Shown: positions 57,017 through 64,000 of the stretch, one piece after another
Position numbering within the stretch: the stretch's first letter is position 1
Layout of the letters: each line of letters opens with the position of its first letter
DNA from: a bacterium
GTDB lineage: Bacteria; Margulisbacteria; Marinamargulisbacteria; JABIPA01
DNA length: 64,000 bases
Reading direction: 5' to 3'
NCBI GenBank assembly: GCA_018699495.1
Contig: JABIQV010000137.1
Coordinates: 6,880-70,879, forward strand
Translations under genes and position numbers: made by a program
Notes under the pieces: generated by a model
Told to the model about the DNA's origin: nothing
The model's database searches: none
The model's input: the letters and a program-made list of their open reading frames with translations, nothing else

Positions 57017-57494
57017 ACAAATTGAACAGGATATATTTTTAGGACTAGGATCTAATTTAGGCAATAAACAGGCTCAAATTTATTCTGCAATAGCTCAATT
57101 AAAGCAGAACCCCGCCATTCGGATTATCGAAGTGTCTAAGTTTTATAAAACGGAAGCAGTGTCTAACGATGAGCAGCCTCCATACATTAATGCAGCTTTA
57201 AAAATAGAAACATCATTGTCTCCACAAGAACTTTTAAAAGTTACACAGGATGTGGAAAAAAAATTAGGAAGAACAGGGAAGTCAACCAATAAAAGTCGGC
57301 TCATAGATATTGATATTCTTTTTTACAATAATCATATTATATGTGATGAGGACTTAATTATTCCCCATCCTCGTGCTCATGAGAGAGAATTTGTTTTGAT
57401 TCCAATGATGGATTTATCTCGACGATTTGAGCATCCAATGGTGGACGAATCGATAGAAACCATTTACAAGAGGATAGTCAGTATTTCTGAGTAG
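57009..57494 (+). CDS. folK: 2-amino-4-hydroxy-6-hydroxymethyldihydropteridine pyrophosphokinase
   Basis: IFLGLGSNLG, DIDIL and PHPRAHEREFVLIPM are HPPK motifs. Probable TTG start at 57009 or 56997, overlapping the folP stop. The ORF-track start at 56946 is probably too far upstream. Confidence 0.8.
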   Translation: MAKQIEQDIFLGLGSNLGNKQAQIYSAIAQLKQNPAIRIIEVSKFYKTEAVSNDEQPPYINAALKIETSLSPQELLKVTQDVEKKLGRTGKSTNKSRLIDIDILFYNNHIICDEDLIIPHPRAHEREFVLIPMMDLSRRFEHPMVDESIETIYKRIVSISE

Positions 57495-57498
57495 GTTA

Positions 57499-58026
57499 AT
57501 GAATTTTAAAATTTCAAATTTAGAGGGGTTACGTCTCTTCGCTGAACAATTAGCCATTTTTTTACAAGGGGGAGAACTGTTTTTGTTAGATGGGACCTTG
57601 GGTGCAGGTAAAACTACATTTGTTCGATCGGTATCAGAAGCACTAGGAACGACAGATAATGTTTGCTCTCCGACGTTTAGTTTAATTCAACGATATAAGG
57701 GTGCTCTTTCAATTGTTCACATGGATTTATATCGATTAGAGTCTGAGAGAGAGCTAGACTTTTTGGATATAGAGGAATTGTTGAATAATAAGGATATTAA
57801 ATTTATAGAATGGGGAATGAAATTTCCTGAATATTTTGATCAACCTTATATTTTAATTCGTTTGACTGTTCCAGAACGTGATGAAAATACTGTGGCTGAA
57901 ACCAATATTGAAGGAGGAGAACAGAGAGTTCTTTCGTTTTCGATTCATAATGTTCAAAAAAGTAACACGTCTTTAAATTTGCTTTTTGGAAAATTGGAAA
58001 AATGGGTAGATACATTTGAACAGTGA
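57499..58026 (+). CDS. tsaE: tRNA threonylcarbamoyladenosine biosynthesis ATPase TsaE (YjeE)
   Basis: P-loop LDGTLGAGKTTFVRSV and SPTFSL motifs of YjeE. Confidence 0.8.
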   Translation: MNFKISNLEGLRLFAEQLAIFLQGGELFLLDGTLGAGKTTFVRSVSEALGTTDNVCSPTFSLIQRYKGALSIVHMDLYRLESERELDFLDIEELLNNKDIKFIEWGMKFPEYFDQPYILIRLTVPERDENTVAETNIEGGEQRVLSFSIHNVQKSNTSLNLLFGKLEKWVDTFEQ

Positions 58027-58059
58027 TGGGTTTCTGTAAATCCAATAATTTAAAACGTG

Positions 58060-59037
58060 TTATATGTCTTGCGACCGACGGTTTTTATATTTGTTGCCTT
58101 TTCTTTTTTTTGGAATATCATCTGGATTAATTTTAGAAAAAACCCGCAGCTTTGCGGATCGAGACCGAGAGTTTCGTTTGATCTCGTTTTGACTAGGTTT
58201 AATAACTTTTTTGTGGCATGCGGTAAACGTATCTGAATGAGTTCGGATAAATTGCTTTATGAGTCTATCTTCGAGTGAGTGGAAACTAATAATTGCAATT
58301 GTACTTCCAGGAACAGTAATACCATCTAATTGCGACAATATATGTTTAATATGGTGCAGTTCCTGATTGACTTCTATTCGAAGCGACTGAAAAACCTGAG
58401 CACATGTTCTCAAGTAAACAGATCTCTTGTTTCTGAAATAAAAACTTTTTTTAATGCTGGTAATGAGGTCAAAGGTTGTTTCGAGCTTACCACGTTGAGC
58501 AATAATAGTTTCGACAAATTTTTCGACACGTCTTAATTCACCGTAATCCTGAAAAATATGGGTGAGTTCTTCGGTAGAATAGGTATCTAAGATTATTTTT
58601 GCGGTTAAGGGCAAAGAATCATTCATTCTCATGTCTAACGGTTCATCTTTTTGGTGGGTAAACCCCTTTTCGGATGAGTCTAAATGGAACGATGATATAC
58701 CTAAATCTAACAGGAGAAAGTTAAAATGGGATATTTTTTTGGAAGCTAATATAGTCGAAATTTCTGAAAAATTTCCTTTTACAATCTCACATCTAGATTC
58801 TTCAGAAAAACGGTTGCGGCAATAAGAAATAGCCGTCTTATCTTGGTCGATTCCAATTAGAGATGAGTGGGTATCTATGGCGTTGATAATTTCAGAAGAA
58901 TGCCCGCCATAACCAACCGTACCATCAATATAAATAAAGGGATCGGTCGGAGATTCCTTTTTTGGTAAGTAGGCTAAAATATCTGTCACCATTATTGGGA
59001 CATGAGGATGTATGCCGATTAGTTCGTTGTTATTCAT
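58060..59037 (-). CDS. rsmH: 16S rRNA (cytosine1402-N4)-methyltransferase
   Basis: HVPIMVTDIL..., DGTVGYGGHS, ISFHSLEDR are MraW/RsmH signatures. Confidence 0.9.
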   Translation of the reverse strand: MNNNELIGIHPHVPIMVTDILAYLPKKESPTDPFIYIDGTVGYGGHSSEIINAIDTHSSLIGIDQDKTAISYCRNRFSEESRCEIVKGNFSEISTILASKKISHFNFLLLDLGISSFHLDSSEKGFTHQKDEPLDMRMNDSLPLTAKIILDTYSTEELTHIFQDYGELRRVEKFVETIIAQRGKLETTFDLITSIKKSFYFRNKRSVYLRTCAQVFQSLRIEVNQELHHIKHILSQLDGITVPGSTIAIISFHSLEDRLIKQFIRTHSDTFTACHKKVIKPSQNEIKRNSRSRSAKLRVFSKINPDDIPKKRKGNKYKNRRSQDI

Positions 59038-59052
59038 ATAAATAATGTACCA

Positions 59053-59829
59053 CTAGATGGGCGAGTCTAAAATGATTTTTTTGATTTTAGATGCAGCATC
59101 GGGAAGGCTTTTTGGGGTAACAATGATTAAGCCAACCTTACAATCTTTCTTATGAACATCGTTTAGGTACTGGTAATACAATGAATCGTTTGAAAATGGA
59201 CTAAGCGTAATACCCAAGCATGGAATGGTAAGCTCAATTGAAAAAAGATCCGAGATGTTTAATAGACAAAGAGGCGCCATAATATCCCATAGTTTGACGT
59301 TGTTTTTGTAAAAAAACTGAATATTGCCTCTTAGCATTTCTAATAAGCTAAATCCGATGGAATTGTATTTGATATAAATGCAGTTAAATTCATATATGAT
59401 TTTATCATGACTAATTTTTTCAATAATAGAGGACGGTCTAAATTCTGTTCCAACAATATTAGTTGGGCAAATTCTTAAGTTATCTGGTGCGATTATATGA
59501 CTAGGGCTATCAGAAAAAATATGATCGCCAGAGACACCAATAGTGGCGTTTTCGTTTGGGATCCCTACGACAGATATCCATGGCGTACCATTTTTAATCG
59601 CGCAAATGTGGATAGTCACTTCATGTTTGTTCTCGATGTAATTAGATGTGCCATCTATTGGGTCAATATACCAGACGAGATCTTTTTCTGATATTTCGGA
59701 CTTTTGACCTTCTTCACCTATTATTTTTGACTTTGGAAAATTTAAATAAATCCAATCTCGAAATAGTAGCTCAATCCCTTTATCTATATCGGTTACAAAA
59801 TCCCCAGGCCCTTTTTTACTAATTTTCAT
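59053..59829 (-). CDS. inositol monophosphatase family protein (SuhB/CysQ-like)
   Basis: Metal-binding motifs EE..., WYIDPIDGTSNYI and ..D... of the IMPase fold. Confidence 0.8.
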   Translation of the reverse strand: MKISKKGPGDFVTDIDKGIELLFRDWIYLNFPKSKIIGEEGQKSEISEKDLVWYIDPIDGTSNYIENKHEVTIHICAIKNGTPWISVVGIPNENATIGVSGDHIFSDSPSHIIAPDNLRICPTNIVGTEFRPSSIIEKISHDKIIYEFNCIYIKYNSIGFSLLEMLRGNIQFFYKNNVKLWDIMAPLCLLNISDLFSIELTIPCLGITLSPFSNDSLYYQYLNDVHKKDCKVGLIIVTPKSLPDAASKIKKIILDSPI

Positions 59830-60245
59830 TTTTGGTTTTCCAATCAGAATTAGTTGTTGGGCTATTTTTACTAGGTTAACTAGAGAATCAAGGACTTTTT
59901 TTGGTTAGATGTAGATGAAGAAGGGAGATGATAAGTCGCAATTCTTGACGGTAAAACAGGGACGGAAATAGTATCGGAAGAGAAAATATGTCCATCGGCG
60001 CTCATTTGGGGCAAATAAACAATGGTAGACGAAGCGTCTGGTAAGTATTCTGGGCGTCTCCAATTCATTGCAAATTTCTTTCCCTTTTTTAGTAAATTCA
60101 AAACGTTAGTCTATAACTGATAGCTAGTTTAATACATATCGACATGAACTGCATTTCTTTTCGGAAACAAAAAAAAATGCTAAACTTATAGTGATTCCAT
60201 ATCTATATATTACTGGCTTTTTGTTATAAAAAGGAGACGTTTTTA

Positions 60246-62555
60246 ATGTTTATTTCCCAAAATTTACTGTTCTACTTTGGTGTAGGAGCTGGTCTCCTTT
60301 CGTTGCTCTATTCCTTTATAACCCGAGTGTCCTTGGCAAAGGATAAGGACTGCTCTAATTCCAAAGATTTAATTCAGCGGATTAAAGATGGTGGAATTGC
60401 ATTTTTCAAACAGCATCTAAACATTATTTTAATTCCCATTTTCATACTGAGTATAGTTTTTTACAAATTTGATGGGTTAGGCGGTCATCATATGGTGTTG
60501 GTGGTAGCCTTTGTATGGGGATGTTCTTGGTCAGGAGTTAGTGCTTTTATAGGTATGAAAATGTGTTCGACTTATATTCCTAAAGTGGTGCACGCAGCAA
60601 AATCATCGTTCGGTATTGCTGCAGCTACATCTTTAAAAGTAGGACGGGTATATGCCTTTTTAATTGTAGGCTTGGTTCTAGTCGATTTTTCGGTATTTGT
60701 CGCATTAGTGGATTTCATAATAGATAATAACTGGCTTAATATTTCCGACAGATTGCTAACAGATATAGGCGCTGGATACCCCTGGTCGAAGGACGTAATA
60801 AGTTCAGATGCTTTTATAGAAATGAAAATTGGGGAAATTTCGTATAGTGCGCTAGCGTATTGTTTTGGCGTGTCTATTCAGTCTGTTTTTATTAAAGTTG
60901 GGGGCGGCCTTTTTACCAAGATTAGTGACGTAGCTTCAGATGGGTTTGGTAAAAACGACGTTGAACTAAGTGGTAAAGATGTCAGGAACCCTATAGTGAT
61001 TTCTGACTTAGTTGGGGGCCAGGTGAATAATATTGGGGGCGTTGGTGTAGGGATATATCAAATAATAACGTTAGCTTTGTTTACTGTCAGCGCTATTGGG
61101 AGTATTTTTGCACACCATCAATTAGTGGGATATACCCCTGAACATTTATTTAAGCTTCCATTCTTTTTATTTGGAGTGGGTGTCGTCGCTGCAATGATTT
61201 CATATTTGTTTCTTTCAATAAAAAATGTACAGACTAAGCTGCGATTGAAAAAGAGCCTATCATTTACGCTTGCTGGTACAGGCTTATTGATTATTCTTTT
61301 TGTAGGCGGTTTGGGGCACTTTGAATTATTAGGATGGAAAATGATTTCACCAGTAATTGTCGGGGTTTTTATTGCTATTTTAATTGAGCAGTGGACGGTT
61401 TATTTTACGTATTCGGACAGCTCGATATCGCGATCTGTTACGGTCTCATCCCGAGAGGGAGATGTATTACCCTTATTAAGAGGTGTTGGGCATGGGTTTT
61501 TGGCAATTTTACTTCCCGTTGTTTTGGTAACGATAGGAATAATTTCTGGTTTTTTTCTTTTTGATGGAGTTGAAAACGTAATGAAGGGGTTTTATGGGAT
61601 TTCTCTGGTAGGTGTCGGTGTTGCATCGTTATTACCATGTTTCATAATTAATGCCATTGTTGGACCAGTAAATAATAATGCATTTGGATGCGCTTCTATG
61701 CTTAATTATGATGAAAAAATTATAGATCGAACCAGGAAGTTAGCTGATCACGGGAATATAACATCTGGCGTATTCAAAATGATTGAAAACGCGCTTATGT
61801 TATTGTGCGGATTGCCCTTAGTTATTATATTTTTTGATTATTTTTTGAGGGTTATGAAGGAATCTGGTCTAACATCTATTATTTATGTTGAAGGACATGG
61901 GTTTACCGTCTCAGAAAAATTAGCGTATGCAAAAGGTGTGTATTTTATTCCAAATATGAGTATAAACGCCTTGCTTGATATTTTTGATGTGCGGTTGCTT
62001 AATCCTTATACAATTGCTGGTTTTTTAGGTGGGTTTATGTTGTTTTCTGTAATTACAGGTATTATTTTTATTATCGTTTCAAATGGAGCAACTCTACTTA
62101 TTAGAGAAGCCAGAAATCAGATCACTCAAGATGAATTAATTATGGACGGTGAGTCGCTCCCAAACTATCAATCTATTATAGTTACAGCCGCCAAATATTC
62201 ACAAAAATGGATGTTGTTACCGGTGGTCTTTACATGTTTCGCACCTTTTTTAGTAGGAAGTACACTTGGTGTTGCTGGAACTATCGGATTTCTCATGGCG
62301 AGTTTGTTTTTTTCGTTTTGTATTGTGACTATATTTTTAATCACCGGTGTTGTATTAGAGTCAGCTAAAAATAGATATGAAGCTCATGAAAACGGTTCCA
62401 TTGCGAATCCTGCCCTTGTACTAGCAGGTAATTTTGGACACGTCTTAAAAGACGCTGTCGCTCCTATTATTATGCCCCTTATGAAGATTACCATGTTGAT
62501 TTCGATAGTGTTTTGGCCATTAGTGTTAGTGATGAAGACGCTACTAAGAATTTAA
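60246..62555 (+). CDS. membrane-integral pyrophosphatase (H+/Na+-PPase) homolog with degenerate catalytic acidic motifs
   Basis: 769 aa, about 16 TM helices. Collinear with M-PPase signatures (GGGLFTKISDVASDGFGK, RNP, GPVNNNAFG, GNITSG, VLKDAVAP), but canonical Asp of [16 protein letters not shown] and GDTIGDPLKD are replaced by G/N/Q/H. Confidence 0.65.
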   Translation: MFISQNLLFYFGVGAGLLSLLYSFITRVSLAKDKDCSNSKDLIQRIKDGGIAFFKQHLNIILIPIFILSIVFYKFDGLGGHHMVLVVAFVWGCSWSGVSAFIGMKMCSTYIPKVVHAAKSSFGIAAATSLKVGRVYAFLIVGLVLVDFSVFVALVDFIIDNNWLNISDRLLTDIGAGYPWSKDVISSDAFIEMKIGEISYSALAYCFGVSIQSVFIKVGGGLFTKISDVASDGFGKNDVELSGKDVRNPIVISDLVGGQVNNIGGVGVGIYQIITLALFTVSAIGSIFAHHQLVGYTPEHLFKLPFFLFGVGVVAAMISYLFLSIKNVQTKLRLKKSLSFTLAGTGLLIILFVGGLGHFELLGWKMISPVIVGVFIAILIEQWTVYFTYSDSSISRSVTVSSREGDVLPLLRGVGHGFLAILLPVVLVTIGIISGFFLFDGVENVMKGFYGISLVGVGVASLLPCFIINAIVGPVNNNAFGCASMLNYDEKIIDRTRKLADHGNITSGVFKMIENALMLLCGLPLVIIFFDYFLRVMKESGLTSIIYVEGHGFTVSEKLAYAKGVYFIPNMSINALLDIFDVRLLNPYTIAGFLGGFMLFSVITGIIFIIVSNGATLLIREARNQITQDELIMDGESLPNYQSIIVTAAKYSQKWMLLPVVFTCFAPFLVGSTLGVAGTIGFLMASLFFSFCIVTIFLITGVVLESAKNRYEAHENGSIANPALVLAGNFGHVLKDAVAPIIMPLMKITMLISIVFWPLVLVMKTLLRI

Positions 62556-62872
62556 GAGGTTCAAGCAAGGTATTGGTTTTTATCGATAAAGGTGACGGGG
62601 CTTCAATAAAACGACCAAAGTGAGAGTGCGTTTAGTAACGATCACGATAGGGTTAATCCACCTAAAATTTGGTTAAAGAGGAATGACGGGACTATGAATT
62701 TTTTATGATGGAGTTGTCAAAATTTGAAACTGTTTAACAGATTTTTCGATATGAGGACCAATGAAAGACAGATATAACGCGTTTCTTCAGTCTACACGAT
62801 TTAGTATTTCGTATTCTTTTGTATGTGGGTCGTTTTTGGTTCGCTCAAAGGTTTAGTGCTAAACTTAATATA

Positions 62873-63733
62873 ATGGATAATATTTTTATTATAGGACCTA
62901 CAGCAATTGGGAAATCGGAATATGCGTTAAACCTCGCACTGTCAATGAAAGGCGATATTGTATCGGCCGATGCATTCCAAGTATATAAAGGAATGGATAT
63001 TGGAACGGCAAAGGTAATAGAGGCGGGGCAACAATCTGTAAAACATCATCTTATCGATATCCTTGAACCCGATGACCCTTATTCTGTAGTAGAATTTATT
63101 AGACGGTCAACTTCTTTACTAGAAGCATCAAAAATAAATGGGCGTCCGTTAATTTTTTGTGGAGGAACGGGGTTTTATGTAAATGCTTTTCTGTACAATT
63201 ATGAATTGACGGGCCCTGGTGAAAACACCGATATCAGAAACGAATTACTTTTAGAAAAAAGAGGAAAAGAACCCACTTATTTATGGAATAAGTTAGAGAA
63301 AATCGATAAAGAAGCCTCCCTTGTTTTGAACCCCAATGATGAGAAGCGACTGATAAGAGCGATAGAATATAAATTAGAAACAGGATTGAGTATTACGTCT
63401 TTGAAAAAGAACGAGTCAATACGGTCTGATTTTAAAGTGATAGGATTAACGGCAGAAAGAGAGCGGATTCGAGAGAGAATCGATATCCGGGTAGACCAAA
63501 TGTTTGCAGCGGGTCTTGTTGGGGAAGTTGAAGCATTATTAGAAAAAGGATTTTCCCCCAAATTAAAAGCCTTCGAGGCAATAGGGTATAAAGAGGTTAT
63601 CGCGTATTTGGAAGGTAGTATGGGGTTAGAAGAAGTGATAATATTAGTCAAAATAAAAACAAGGCAATTTGCCAAACGGCAAATGAATTGGTTTAAACGA
63701 GTTCAAAATGTTGAATGGATCACCATCAAGTAA
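62873..63733 (+). CDS. miaA: tRNA dimethylallyltransferase
   Basis: P-loop IIGPTAIGKSEYAL. DAFQVYKGMDIGTAK. 304-aa tool ORF with the probable true start at the internal ATG (MDNIFIIGPTA). Confidence 0.9.
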   Translation: MDNIFIIGPTAIGKSEYALNLALSMKGDIVSADAFQVYKGMDIGTAKVIEAGQQSVKHHLIDILEPDDPYSVVEFIRRSTSLLEASKINGRPLIFCGGTGFYVNAFLYNYELTGPGENTDIRNELLLEKRGKEPTYLWNKLEKIDKEASLVLNPNDEKRLIRAIEYKLETGLSITSLKKNESIRSDFKVIGLTAERERIRERIDIRVDQMFAAGLVGEVEALLEKGFSPKLKAFEAIGYKEVIAYLEGSMGLEEVIILVKIKTRQFAKRQMNWFKRVQNVEWITIK

Positions 63734-63749
63734 TAAACATACAGAAGTA

Positions 63750-64000
63750 AAATGGATAGTTGGCGCACTTGCGTTACTAGGGACCCTATTAATTACTTTA
63801 ATCATTTTTACCCCTTATATTCCATATAGTATTTCTTTAAATGAAGGGGACCAATCAAGTTCAACCGTTTTCTCTCCTCGATACTTAGAATTTCAGACAG
63901 AAGACGATATCGTAAAAACTGCGGAACTTAAGAAAAAAAGGGAATCTCTGGTTAAAGGTATTTTTATTATCGATAAAAATATTAATAAAATGATTCAGTC
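63750..64000 (+). CDS. partial ORF (3'-truncated at window edge): N-terminally anchored membrane protein, unknown
   Basis: Open frame from about 63750 to the window end encoding a hydrophobic helix (WIVGALALLGTLLITLIIF) followed by a polar region. Start codon not identifiable. Confidence 0.25.

Noticed and set aside
60246-62555. Annotating the PPase homolog simply as hppA (functional K+-insensitive H+-PPase)
   Set aside because: Too many catalytic Asp positions appear substituted in my alignment. I kept the family call but flagged likely loss or alteration of activity rather than assigning the gene symbol.
1-64000. CRISPR arrays, rRNA, transposases, restriction-modification or known defence systems
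   Set aside because: No regularly spaced direct repeats, no rRNA-like conserved stretches, and no ORFs with nuclease, helicase, reverse-transcriptase or transposase motifs were seen on either strand.

Overview
This is an AT-rich (about 37% GC by eye), densely packed chromosomal window that looks like core genome of a Leptospira-like spirochete. The organism call is inference from gene content: lpxC plus two GT9 heptosyltransferases, gmhA, a UPF0182 membrane protein, a membrane H+-PPase homolog, and a sulfite reductase fused to TusA. I support about 60 coding genes and two tRNAs, tRNA-Met(CAU) on the plus strand and tRNA-Leu(GAG) on the minus strand. There are several clear intrinsic terminators and sigma70-like promoters. 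I see no rRNA, CRISPR array, integrase, transposase or prophage gene.

Main blocks in order:
- 1-6 kb: rsuA-family pseudouridine synthase, tRNA-Met, UPF0182 and an FmdB zinc ribbon.
- 6.5-15.2 kb: a five-gene beta-oxidation operon (small membrane ORF, acyl-CoA ligase, thiolase, FadB-like, FadE-like) with a glycosidase-like gene at its tail.
- 15.8-20 kb: a ridA-GNAT-GT9-GT9 LPS-core cluster.
- 23.8 kb: lpxC.
- 25.7-28.9 kb: glpD translationally coupled to a MerA-core-like flavin disulfide reductase.
- 35.4-39.7 kb: an mdh-sdhCAB operon on the minus strand.
- 40-47 kb: sugar epimerase and acetyltransferase, sulfite reductase-TusA, aconitase.
- 50-64 kb: gltX, nnr, phosphomannomutase, tRNA-Leu, folP-folK-tsaE, rsmH, a SuhB-like phosphatase, the H+-PPase homolog and miaA.

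Most interesting observations:
1. A 769-aa membrane pyrophosphatase homolog in which nearly every catalytic Asp of the canonical M-PPase motifs is replaced (GGQVNNIGG where DNVGDNVGD is expected).
2. A 420-aa ORF overlapping the nnr stop that carries a literal PI3/4-kinase / HipA-type catalytic loop (GRGDRHLEN ... PFDVSF).
3. A three-domain fusion of a polytopic membrane region, an ICMT/PEMT-like methyltransferase and a DCC-type CxxC thiol oxidoreductase.
4. A tight operon of three small uncharacterised proteins between lpxC and glpD.
5. A MerA-core-like reductase lacking the C-terminal Cys pair, with an orphan MerP/CopZ-like periplasmic HMA protein about 760 bp downstream across a 340-bp AT-rich spacer.
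6. A perfect 40-bp palindrome about 90 bp upstream of mdh-sdhCAB.
7. A GC-rich structured element immediately 3' of tRNA-Met.
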